A stretch of 64,000 nt of DNA from Trichosphaerium sp. ATCC 40318 (lineage: Eukaryota; Protista; Tubulinea): assembly GCA_038496445.1 (NCBI GenBank), contig JALMLS010000420.1:682001-746000 (forward strand), read 5' to 3'. The notes beneath the pieces are model-generated. The model had not been told where the DNA came from and made no database searches. It worked only from the letters and a program-made list of their open reading frames with translations. Each line of letters opens with the position of its first letter. Positions within the stretch are counted from its first letter, which is position 1. Made by a program: the position numbers and the translations under genes. This document shows positions 17,701-29,793 of this stretch, one piece after another.

Positions 17701-19528
17701 GTTTCCTCTGTCCATCTCAATATTTTTTTTCGTTTTTTTGCTTGTTGCTTGCTGCAGTTGTAACAAGACCATGAATCGCCCTCAATGTTTTCCTTGTGCT
17801 CCTCAGAATCCCAATTAAGACATTCAGTGTGATACCAAAGTTCACAATCATCACACAAAATCATTTCATGTCCTTCAATTTCTTTGTTTTCAAATTTACA
17901 TTCATCTATGCAATGATATTCGACAGCATCAGGGAGGGGTTTGAGAAGGATTTTTTCTTTCTCCTGCAATACTTCAACATCTTTTAAAGAGAGTCCAGTC
18001 AGAGTTGATACTAAACGACAGTTGTCTCCTAATCCAGCATAGCCTTTTTCTTGAACTAATTTGACCAAAGTGGGTCTCGAAAATGTTAATAGTGCATTGT
18101 ATTCAGCTAACGTCACTGGGTTTTTTTTTTTGGTTTTGAATGAAGTCCTCCATCTGTGTGCTAATAAACGCCATTCTTTAACTTTGCCAGTTTTCATTTG
18201 AACCTTTTTGAATGAGGCAATGACCCCTGATGGGTTTACTGCTGCACGCCAAGTACCAACGGGCAAGTTATGAGATAGCACATCAAACAATGCTTTTTCA
18301 TGAGTACTTGGAAGAGACACAGTAACCCCTCCTTTTGAACCGTTTACTGTAAAAGCTTGCACCCAGTCTAAAAAGTCTCGATCCATAAAACGTGCATCCA
18401 AAACTGAATGTGGACAGTAGCCATAAAAGTCTCGATATTTTACCATTAACGTTTTAGCAATATCTAAATGAATGAGAAATAACCCACGTGATGCATACAT
18501 ACCTAACGGAGTCTCTCTAGGTGTCCAATGAGGGTACACTGCTAATATGTATGGTTTTTGACTATGTTTTGAAGAGAAAACTGCATGAACGAAAACCATT
18601 GCTCCAAGTTCATGTGGTTTACCAGGTATTTTTACAGTGTTTTCACCTTTTCCCTTCCAAGCATATATAGTTTCGTCTATAGCAGAGACTTCACCAGCAT
18701 TCCAAGCTGTCATAAAGTTGGCTGAAAGCATATCACACAGATGATGGATGTTTGCATTCAGACACTCATTTAATATGCTGATTCTTGTTGTTTCAAGAAA
18801 CTTTGATTGTTTCCAGTCCAGGTCACTTGCTTTAAATCTTTTAATAGCCTCACGTAAATCATTTAACCCTAATTGCTGTTACTAAAACACTAAAAAACTT
18901 TGTGTGCCTGATTCTAGTTCATACAGCCACAGAATTCCAAAATATTTCATAATCTCAGAAACAGTTATTGGTGTTTTCCAAAATGAATTTAACTTGACAC
19001 CTTTTTTTGTTCGGGCAGTGTATATAATACCTCGTTGAGCTTCAGAGCATGTTGCAAGATATTCCCAGACTCTCATTGGAACCAGCTTTGAATAAATAGA
19101 TTTAACTGAGTAATTCCCTCTGTCAAACAACGCAAAATTAGGTTCTGATACTTGAACTTGCTTCGGCTCTTTGATGGAGTGGAATTCCTCATTTAACACT
19201 TCCCAACCTTGTTGTTTTACTTTGAGAAGGCTCTCAGAGATTTGTACTAGATAGGCACACTGTTTGGCAGTGTTTTCTTTGCTACGTTGTAGTCTACGGG
19301 CTTTTTCTGCAGCTCTTTTTGCATTTTGCCTGTCTGCGTTATTTTGCACTTTGGCCTCCAGAGCGCTGATGTCCATCACGTACAAAGGTATGCAGGCACA
19401 AAAAGAAGACGTTTTACTAATATTTACTACACGTAAAAAAAATTTTTACTACACGTAAGGAGTTTAGAGGTGTTGTTTACGCTTAAAGTGGATTTTATTG
19501 ACTTTTTGGGCGTATACAAAGCTGCCAT
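14760..19528 (-). CDS. F-box protein with helical (HEAT/ARM-like) body; intron 1 carries the transposon
   Basis: Exon 1 19528-19481 (MAALYTPKKSIKSTLS|GTAAAC). Exon 2 starts after TTTTTAG at 17170 and encodes the F-box LHSVPYDIITEIVLYLSTNNVFTLRLVSKRL. Helical exons follow to about 14760. A paralogue with matching exons is at 63342+. The 3' end is approximate. Confidence 0.7.
17204..19462 (-). mobile_element. piggyBac-like DNA transposon, 2259 bp, 40-bp bipartite TIRs, TTTAG direct repeats on both sides
   Basis: Both ends read CTCCTTACGTGTAGTAAAAA-N6-TTACGTGTAGTAAA (17204-17243 and the reverse complement of 19423-19462). TTTAG lies at 17199-17203 and 19463-19467. The transposase gene fills the interior. 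Confidence 0.93.
17253..19376 (-). CDS. piggyBac-like DDD transposase (~680 aa) with inserted SAP-like, PHD and SAP domains; 1-2 short introns
   Basis: AIDETIYAWKG..KIPGKPHELG (D1), VLDARF (D2) and SVDKANQ (D3) match piggyBac motifs. PHD C..C..MILCDDCELWYHTECL..WSCYNC; SAP LKSKHKPELQHICKELLLKSAGNKPVLINRIL. Intron 18869-18907 removes the in-frame stops joining the two ORFs. There is a probable in-frame intron at 18464-18502. Confidence 0.88.
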
Positions 19529-19695
19529 GGTTGAAAGACGGCTAACGTGTTAACGCTTGAGTTTTGAAAAAACGTGACTTGTCACGTGATCTTAGACCAA
19601 TAAACTGGCATCACTTCATGCTAAGCTTGTTACAGGAGTTCTGTTGACTACAAAATGTGTATGTAAAAACTGCTCTAAGTCAAACGGCATCAAAA
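19529..19695. promoter_or_regulatory. Bidirectional promoter with GTCACGTGA E-box and CCAAT box
   Basis: Divergent ATGs at 19528 and 19696; GTCACGTGA at 19581-19589 and CCAAT near 19597. Confidence 0.45.
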
Positions 19696-20360
19696 ATGAG
19701 TAGCAGCGCAGCATCGTTATTTTTAGTATGCGTAGTACTTGTCGTAGCACAGAATACGCCCAATCTTCGCGTACCGATTAAATTCACGTTCAATGAGTCT
19801 TTTACGTGTGGCAATGGCAATTTCAGCAATAGCGGACTTTGGTTATCGCCAGAATCGCCTAGAGAGCAGGTAGCCGCGTTTTATTGTTGAATTACTCACT
19901 GAATGTAGCCAGACATGCTTTTTGACATGTCTTGCGGAGATACGAAACCTGGGCTCTTTTTAGTACCACTAGCAGGAGATTTAGCCGTGTACTGGTACAA
20001 AACATGATAAAAACGCTTCACATATTCAAAACCGCATAGTGACGCAGGTGCAATACCATTGACGAATGTATCAGCAGAAGATTACCAATTTGCTTCGTGT
20101 GAACCTGCAGGAACTGTAGAGATTGGCCACAGTTACTTTGTCATTATAGCACGCTCATACGAGAGGTTAGCGTTGTTTTTAAACGGTTTAACTAACGAAC
20201 GCTTTGCAGAGTGATGTTTGCTTTTCATGTTGACAAAGTCGGACCTATTCCAGCAACAACAGCAACAAGCATGGACATAACTTATGGTGTTTTCATTTTC
20301 GAACAAATAAAAGTGATCAATGAGTCGCCTGGATTTTCATGGTCTAAACCAATCGCATGA
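19696..20360 (+). CDS. Hypothetical secreted protein; multi-exon
   Basis: Signal peptide MSSSAASLFLVCVVLVVA; exons join through short GT-AG introns to TGA at 20360. Confidence 0.6.
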
Positions 20361-20673
20361 TTCTAACAGTGTACAACAAAGACCAAAATAAAATCCAACT
20401 TTGTACCCTGTATTTTGAGGTAAATAGTTTCCTTGTACATACAGCAGCCAACAATAATTTTGAATAACTTTTTGCTTTCACGTGTCACCAACAGGTTATT
20501 TCGGTGCCAAATATAAGATAATTGCAACTAACGGTTCTCAATTGGTTTAAGAGAGTGAAGTCAATCAAGCCAAAAGGGTGCCTGTGACGGACCTACACTA
20601 GTTGCGCCTAGATGTACAAGAGAAAAAGCAGCTTCACTATTCAGAACATTCAAATGTTTTCAATCTCGCTACA

Positions 20674-21325
20674 ATGTGGGATTACGATAGCTACAATGCT
20701 CTTGGTTTTGAAGCTGGATTAGTGTTCCTTGGAAATGTTAATATCCAGGCATCATACATGTCGCCTGACAGCTACTTAAACCCAACACCTGGTACTCATT
20801 TAGATGGTGTTTTTTGGTTCTTTTCTACGATATTGATGATATTGTATCTAGGCGTGAAAAATGTGGTCTCTAGCTACTGGAATGTTGTCTATAGGATCAA
20901 TCCTGAATTCGTACCTTACGATGCTGATATGCAACTTCTAGACGATCTTACAGTAAAGAAAGTGTTCCCTTTTGTTGACAAAGAAAAAACAGAGAAGTGT
21001 ACAAGAGAACAAAAGTACTTCCTCAGTATGCCTTCACTACGTAATTGTATCTTTAGAAACTGGAGTAGCCTAATGGAAACAACGGCAAGGCGTGGGATTT
21101 TTCTATTATCACTGGATTAGAAGGAGTAGCTGACTACCAGGGCGCTTTTGTTTGTAAGTACGCACACAACGTTAAAAAGGTTTGGGAAACACAAGCAAAG
21201 GATCTTATTGATAAAAATGGTGGTCCCCTCGGAATCATTGGTGTACAGGAGATCGTTTACAGTGTTGTCAATGGAAAAAGCAGTAAAGCAATGGGAGAAG
21301 CTCACTGGCAACAAAGTTATTGTTG
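20674..21325 (+). CDS. Hypothetical protein; multi-exon
   Basis: Protein-like exons (MWDYDSYNALG..., PNGNNGKAWDFSIITG, DLIDKNGGPLGIIG...). The splice pattern is not fully resolved. Confidence 0.4.
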
Positions 21326-21929
21326 AAAGCACAGATTCTATCGCTAAGCCTTTTTGAAGAGAATAGTAGAATCAAAATAGCTCCTGCTTTGGAAGGTGTA
21401 ACGTTTTACATAACGCAATAAATAGTGAGTCTCAATCACGCCCGTTTAGTTTCAAAATATGAGCTTCTGGAAAATGAGTTAACGGGTCAGATGTTTATCG
21501 ATAATCCGGTTTAACTCCTTCGCTACACAATACAGAACTACACCTTTTAACTGGTATCTTGGAAGTAAAAATCATACACAGTAAACACAACATTCGATCA
21601 GCTAGCTACACCAGGAAAATAGTTGACTTCAATAATTCTAGAAGACAAAAAGAAATCTCTTTGCGATCTACATACATTTCTAAAATCAGCTCCACAATAA
21701 TTTGTATAGGGCTAGCTTCTTGTTGCGAGTAGGAGCTATTCACAAAACCTACTGTTACTTAAGTGCGAACTTAACCGTGCTATCATTTTCAAATTGACAT
21801 TCTTGGCGCGCACCTCGTTACCAAGAATTTACACTTCGATACTTACAACGACTAGATAGTACGTACTCTTTCCCCTAAGCCCAAGTACCTATTGATACAT
21901 TTTACCCGCAGATTGAAAACAACAAAAGA

Positions 21930-24900
21930 ATGAGTGGAAAACGTATCAGGAAGCGTAAATGCACAAAGATTGTGATCAAAAGAAAGCGCAGAAAAAAAAG
22001 ACATGAACCGACACACGTCCAAACTCCAGAGTTACCTTACGAGATTCTTTTGATGATTTTCGATCAAATATCATGCAAAGACTTGCGTAGCGCCGCTTGC
22101 GTTGATGTACGTAGTTCTAATACTACAGTCTAGATAGTAACTAACTTGGTTTAATAGCGGTTTTGGAACGCAGTAAGCGGCAATGATGCCCTGAGTTGGG
22201 CGGAACTGTTTGGCGGCTACAGAAAGTGGAATGGTCCCGACAACACAGATGGAGATGTCAAAGTCGAAGAGCTTAGATCAATTTCAATCAATGATTGTAC
22301 TGTTGTATCTGTTGAGATGCGCGTTCGGAAATATTACACTCAACAAAAAATGAAGGTACTTTATGTTAATTTGCTGTTGATCCTTACAATTTTGTAGCTG
22401 GCCGTACCCGATGGACGCCAGTTTACTATTATTTGTGGCATGTCAGGTAAAAGTACATCTCATCAAGATATATTTGGTTCATGGTTAGAAATGGCTCAGA
22501 ATAAAAGACTTTATCGCCTTTCAATCAACGCCTCAGCAACCCAAAAAAAGGATAAAAAAGTAGAATATGATATTGAATTTCTTGTCAACACCAAGAGGTA
22601 CGTAATGCGTTATAGGCAATTGAAGTTAACTATAGTTGAAAGGTTTTTTGAGATGATGAAAGCTAAGCAGGCTATTCCAGGATTGAAAGAACTCAAACAA
22701 TACGCCGCCAAAAAACTGAAAGATGTACCGCACTGGTCTTTTACTCCTATACATGGTGCCTTGACACACACAGTACGTTGTAGTTACATATGAAGTAGTA
22801 CTAAGCGAATACTAGGACGGTGTTACGTTGCTAAATCAACCTGAAGAATTGAACTTGACTCTTCACAAATACCAATCAAAGGCTTACAGCTGGATGATGG
22901 CCGTTGAAACAGATGTTAAATTCTCTGGTATGTCTTATTCTCAGTTTATTCAAAAAATGACTAGTGCTAGAGTTCAATTATATTTCAGCATTTCCATTGG
23001 TCAAGTCAAGATCTAGTATATACTATATCCCTGGCGAATATGGCACAGACAAGTTGGTAAAAGCAGACCAACTTGATCCTACTGACCGTGGCAAGATAAC
23101 GTTCTATGGTGGCATACTTGCAGGTACGTTCCCAATAAACAACTTTGCTATTCGTGATGTACTATCTAGATGACATGGGCCTTGGTAAAACAATAGAAAG
23201 TAAGGAAAAAACATGACATTTTAATATTTAAGGCACTGACTATTTTGTAGTTCTTGCTTTGATTCTCGGAAATCCCATAGATAATCATAAACCTTCAATC
23301 GTCAAAAAAACCGTAACTCAGTTTAAAAACCCTGTAAAAGAATCGCGACTCTTGTCTAGAACTATCACTCTGAACAAAAAACATGCTTTTTTCTCAACAA
23401 AGGCAACTCTAAGTACGCCAAAGTACAATCAATCAATACTAATTCTATTTTTTCAATAGTTTTGTGTCCGAATCATCTTGCCAAACAATGGTGTGATGAA
23501 CTTCAGGCTCACTCAAAGAGTGAATTAGATATCATCAGATTGACAACTATTGTTCAACACCGGAAATACAACAGCTGGGATCTATCAAATGCAGGTACGT
23601 ACCTTTGAACTCAAGGCATAAAATGTAACGTTGTTAGACGTTGTCGTTGTATCATATGAGTTCCTGAAGAACATGAACTACATCAGATTAGTGATGCCTG
23701 AAGCGCGCACAGCACGCAAAGAAATCCACATTGATCGCAAAAAAACACTTGAATCAAACCGTTCTGTGCGTCGTCAATTTTATTTAAAGCTACAGCACTC
23801 ACTCTTTATTAGAAGATCGTTGTTAAAAGAACTCTATCTAAAAACTCAGACATATTACCCATACTTGATTACTTCTCATGGCACCGTATTGTGTTGGATG
23901 AGGTATGGATAAGGTTCATTTATTTTTACTTAGTTGTTATCCAAGGGTCATGAACACATCACCGAAACGTTCTACCTAGATGCAGTTATTAACCTAAAGG
24001 CTAAATATAAGTGGTATGTCACTGGTACGTTTAGCCACTTCATTATTAAATTGTACTAATATTCCTATTAGGAACACCATTCCCCACTGAGCACGTTACA
24101 ATATTTATTATTTTATTTGCTTACAATTCGTGTAGAGCTACTTTTAAACACGCTTTCCAGTTTTTGACAAAAGAGAAAACACATGATACAGATATCAACA
24201 GCACTTTCTATGCTGGTGCACACCACAGGTATATGAATTCCTTTTGATATCCTCTAACACTATCCTTTGTAGTAAATTAGTTTGTAAGTTTTTCGAGAAT
24301 AATATGATATGGCGTAACACAAAGAAGAGTGTGGCCAAAGAGTTTGATGTCCCTCCCTACATTGAAAAGATCATAAAAGTAGAGTTTCATCCAATAGAAC
24401 GCGCTTTGTATGACTATGCTTTGCTTCGCGAGAGATATAGTAAGTCGAAGAGATTAGAAAAATGACTGATAAGTTTTGATAGGAAAGCTGATACATCTCT
24501 GTGGTATGAACTTGGAAGGTACTAAAATCATCGATCAGCTTAAAGAAGCACGAGATGAAGCTATGGTAAGTACTTTTCTATTCCTACTGCCAGTACTTGG
24601 ACAAAAATTGTTGAATAGTTCAATGTAAATTATTGACAAGCTGTAGAAAAAATTGATAGAGGCCAAAACAGAACTGGATAGGTTGAAACGACAACCTAAG
24701 CCAACAAATGACAATCATTTTAGAGTTGAAGCTCGCAAACGTTTTGTGAATGTACGTGTGAAAGAAAATAATACTGTAGTACATATATACGTGACAAATG
24801 GTAGGAGTACAACGAGACGTACTTAAAGTGGAAAAAATGTGAAACAATATTATTCAGTGTGGTACGCTTGATTCAATTATTGGTGTTGTACAAAGGGAAC

Positions 24901-25708
24901 TGGTTATTAATAGTTCATGTAGGATCTGGTAGATGCGAGTTTTGTAGATGCTAAAAAGGAATGCCTTAAAAATGATGCTGTCAAATACAATGCTCTCACA
25001 CATGGTGAGATGCAACTACTGTACGTCCTATCATTTCGGATCCATGGATTTTTTGTCATTCATGTAGGTATGGAAGCAAAGTAGCTTACTTGCTACGCTT
25101 TTTGAAGGACGAGGAAAATGCAGAAAAGAGAGTGATTTTGTTTTCACAACACAAAGAACTTCTCAACCAAATCGATGGCGCTCTTCGCGAAAATGGAGTC
25201 AACGCTGTCTTTATAGAGGGGCATGTACACTGTGTATAGAACCACTCTAACATCCTATTTCTTAGCAATGTACACAGAAGAACTAAAGCAATTGACTTGT
25301 TCCAAGGTAGACGAACAGATGGCGACTATAAAGTAATTCTTATCAGGTGAGTTCTTACCAATTAAGCAATGTTGTCCTCATTCTATTTCAAAGCATTTCA
25401 AACGCTGCATCTGGGACAAACTTAATGAAAGCGGATGTTGTCTTTATGTTAGGTACACATGGAGACCTTGTATTGTTGGGTTTCTGACACGAGTTTAGAT
25501 CCATTGTTCAAATCTAGACTAGAAGCTCAGGCAATTGAAAAACAAGGTACCATTACATAGCATACAGAACACTTACTGAGTGCTTTAAGCGATTGGAAGA
25601 GCATATAGAATGGGTCAAGAGAAACAAGTATCAGTTTATCGTCTACTTATGAAAGACTCTGTTGAGAACGACCAGTATGAAAAGACCTATTTGAAAGGCA
25701 AAAAGTAA
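21930..25708 (+). CDS. F-box + SNF2-family (RAD5/16-like) helicase; many introns
   Basis: Basic NLS-like start; F-box LPYEILLMIFDQI; YQSKAYSWM; GGILADDMGLGKT; WHRIVLDEGH; TGTP; GSKVAYL; VILFSQ; GTNL; QAIGRAYRMGQ. Confidence 0.9.
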
Positions 25709-25993
25709 CCTGTAAAACAAGCAATGTAATACACGCCTTTGCTTGACGTTTCGGGAACAACCTCAATCAAACCAATACAATAACAACAATAATAAAGATC
25801 GCCAAACATTGGTGTAACGGGTTTTGTAGATAACCGGCTTTCTTAGCCCTAATCAACTTTGACTGTAATTTTCCAATTATGCATATTTCAATTTTCTTTA
25901 ACATGTGCTACCTAGTCACAAAAATACCCACGATAAATCAGTGCTCTGTCCAAGGCTTAATAGGAATTAAGTCAGGTAGTTTGGACGGCCAAA

Positions 25994-27265
25994 ATGTCTG
26001 GTGGACACTACGGAAGCATAAAAAATGAAAAGGCGCTACTAATATCTCAAAAAATAGTGAGGAAAAGCACTAAAAAGGGTAGAGCTATCAAAAGCTTTGT
26101 AGAATCTCACTACAACGACCACGATAAGAAACGATGTCTTGGGTACCTAGTATAATATCTAAATTACCGTTTAAAAGTAATAATACAGCGTTTAGATCAT
26201 TTCGAGACTTTACTGCCGATGTAATTGAGTCTCATTCTATGCAGGTTCGTGGTTCACGTGTTTTAAGCGTTCTCGTATCTTATCAGCGTAGATATTCTTC
26301 CTTAGTCTTATTGCTCTTGATATGGTTGTTATTATTATAGAAGTTGCTTTAGAGTCTCAAAGAAAGTGTATACATGGTATGTCACGTGATAAATTTAGCT
26401 ATTTTTTTGTTTTATCTTTGCTTATTTTTTCAAAGGCGAGTTCACGTGGGAGAACCATTTAATTGAAGAAATAATGCATGCATTACACTATGTATCTATT
26501 GGGATATTGACCATTTTCGAGATTGAGAATTTATTCCTGCTTTTCGCGTATGGTTACAGGTACAACTCAGTTCTGCGCTCGTTGCTTAGCTATTTTTACA
26601 TCTCAAGTCAACTAGGTTTTTCAAACATATTTTATACGTTCTTGATCTTATCATTATCTCTTTGTCTCTTGCTATTATGATAGCGTACGTATCCTTTTAC
26701 CTTAAGCTTCAACCTTCACAAGAAAAATAATACTACATTAGATTCTCATACCTATCTGTGGTTGGGTCTTTGCTTGCTATTTTTAGGTAAGTCTTGTAAC
26801 AAAAAAAAACAGATGTCACATGACTTCGAAACATTAGCTTGAAGTTGTTAATGTGTCCATGAATTAACTGTAGTAATAGGATATGGCGCTTAGTGAGGTT
26901 GATGCATGCAGTTATAGTAATGGAAGAAGAAAAAAAGGAGAAACAGCATGTGCGATACATTTGTTGTTTATTGAAATTGTTTTTTAAATGACCTTTTTTT
27001 TTTGTTTGGCGTTGTGTACTTAAATAAGCTCTTTAAGAAATTAATAAACTCATCCATTACGTAGCTTGCAGATGAGTACGAGATGAGTCTCCTCAGAGAA
27101 AAAATCAGAAAATTACAAGACAAAAAACACAAACTAAGAAAAAACAACAGCGAATTAAAATCAAAGCTATCAGAATCAGTAACAGTCGAGTCCGAAGATG
27201 ACGAAGCAGAAGAACAATCTGAACAAAAAATCCCAAAAGTAATTGACATTGAATACGTATCATAA
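25994..27265 (+). CDS. HVCN1: Voltage-gated proton channel Hv1
   Basis: Four TM helices, S1 Asp (LLLLDMVV), spliced S4 signature RIWRLVR (RxWRxxR), no pore domain, C-terminal coiled coil. Confidence 0.85.
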
Positions 27266-27924
27266 AAACCTGATGTAGTGATAATAAAGACGGACGCACT
27301 GGGAGTTAGAATGTTTGTATTTTTCATTTCTAAGCGCAGGTAATACTCGAGGTACTTTATCTAGGTGTAGTGTGGGCAATGTCAGATAATACAGACGATC
27401 GCTTGTGGAATTAGCCGTGGCAGAAAAGAAGACTGAATAGAAATAACAGAAATGAGGGATACTAACAATTTATAACGCTTACAGCGTACAATTTGGTTTT
27501 TTAATGCAAATTATTTTATTGAGATGCAATTATAGCTCCACAGGCGAATTTTACGCGTGGAAATGCGCAAAATGGAACTAAAACCCTCGCTTATGAATTT
27601 TTCCCGAAGTGCGATACACAGTACGTTGTCGTGTAAAGTGCACTTCACAAACCCCAGGTAAATAGCTCATAGACTTACATGTACTTAGACACAAGAGTGT
27701 GGAAGGTGTAATTTTGACTCTTATAGACTTGGAGAATTTGCAAGCGAAAAGTCCAAATTCCATCTCCAAACGTCTGTAGTGCATCAATGAAAACCAACGG
27801 CCGTAAAAGCTATTTGCTGGCATAGTTTGTAAAGGTTATGAACAACCGTGCCAAACAACTTAAAAACAAGAGTATTAAGCCTATTAAGCTTGTTTGGTGA
27901 CATTTACTACCAACACGAGACAAA

Positions 27925-29281
27925 ATGATGCAGTATATGCTTATAATAGCGTTGGCATTGTGTATAGGCAAAACAATGGCGTCATGTTCCGAATTTGCGC
28001 ATTGCAAGTCGTGCGCCAACGCCTCTTCGTGGATTAGCAACTGTAGGTGGTGTCCTAAGGACCAACGTTGTCACGCTTACGGCTCCCTTTTGAACACTTG
28101 TTCAGAAGATGAAAATATCAAAAACCCGATGTACTGCCCGCCAGGTACGACACCACGTGCTCGATTTATCTTCATGATCTTCACAATCTTTTTTCGGTTT
28201 TTTTTTTTTTTCAACACGAAAATCACTAATATAGTCGCATTTGACTTGCTTTGCAGCTTACTCAGCTCTTCTAGTAAACAAGCAAACTGATTTTGATCTC
28301 AATATGGCGTATGCTATGCTTGGGTACAGCAATGCCACAAAAGCTGAAGATCCAGCGTTAGCAATACCCAAAACAGCGACGCTTCTAGGGAAATGGCTCT
28401 TTCCCGCAATAAATACTTCAACATTCGGCTTCATGGCCAAGGACGATAGTCAAAGTCAGATTATACTTGCGTTCCGCGGTACAGTCGAAATTAAACAACT
28501 AATGGAAGAAGTTCTTAACTCTGAAGGCGTACCATACCCTGGTGCTCCATGTACACTAAAAAAAAACCACTTCGATTTGAGTACTAATTTTTCATTAGCT
28601 TTGACAATTCTCAAGTATTTCTATGCTGCTTGGTTTCCATTTGTACAACCAATGAATACCATACTGAAAGAACAGCTACAAAAACATTCTAACTATACCG
28701 TGCTCGTAACCGGCCACTCACTTGGCGCCGCTATTGCATCGCTAATGGCTTTCGAAATAGCCAGAGCGAAGATTGCAACTCCTGTGTTGTACACTTTCGG
28801 ACAACCTAGAACAGGTAGCATGGAATACGCCGATGCTCATAACAAAGCTGTACCGCAGTCATATAGGGTGGTAAACAACAGAGATCCTGTACCACATTTG
28901 AATTTGTGCGTACCAAGCGCAACGGAAAAAAAGTGTAAATTTACACTCACTTCATGGAGCCCTTGGTACGAGACTTACCTCCAAACTTTATCCTTTTTAC
29001 GTTATGTTAGGCATCACGGGACTGAGATGTTCTTTGGCGCAGGAGAATATAAAAATCAAGTCATGTGTGGATATAGAGAGTGTACACGACAACCCTTTGG
29101 AGAAGACCATTCTTGTGCTGATGGTTTTATAAACTTACCTACTGCCATATTCGCTCCTGGAGTTAGTAAATTAAAACGGATAGTTCTTATTTCTGTATGG
29201 GCTGTAGAGCTTGTTGAACAACATACAATAGAATACTGGAAAGCACTGTCAGATGGATATTGCGGAGTCAACGCACAATAA
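27925..29281 (+). CDS. Secreted PSI-domain + class 3 lipase
   Basis: Signal peptide; CSEFAHCKSC..CRWCPKDQRC (PSI); AFRGT, VTGHSLGAA, YTFGQPRTG, RVVNNRDPVPHL. Confidence 0.9.
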
Positions 29282-29444
29282 AGATATTTTATATTTTATT
29301 ACCAAACGCTTTTTCTGTTATGAATTATCTTTACCAGGAGTGCTGAATAAATTGTTTTTACTACTTGGCAGTTTTTTTGGACCAAGAAAATTGTACGATT
29401 GAATCAAATGCTCCAAAAAAAAACCGTTTAGATTACATAACTAC

Positions 29445-29730
29445 ATGAAACGCGTAAAGTCACAGCCAGCTTCAAAGAAAAGGAACAACAACGCCATTCT
29501 ACTAGGAGCGATTGTTTTTCCTATTGAAATTATTGTGATTATTCTACAATACGCTCCAATCGATGCACTAATCCATGTTATGATCACGTGCAAGCTACAA
29601 AGAATACTGTAAGGCAATCTATTTTAAAACAATTATTATGTGGCAATGACACATGAAGGGTTTAAAGCAATTGCAGGTGTTCATGGAATTCCCATTGATC
29701 AAAGCGCTGGGTGGTGTTCATGTTTGACAG
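29445..29730 (+). pseudogene. Degenerate F-box/LRR fragment related to the 61718-63025 gene
   Basis: VFPIEIIVIILQY..TCK followed by a stop, then THEGFKAIAGVH and GGVH repeat remnants. Confidence 0.55.
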
Positions 29731-29793
29731 TCAACAAACAATCGGTGGGCATGATGAAAATAGAAACACAATTTTATTACAATGAGTTACACT

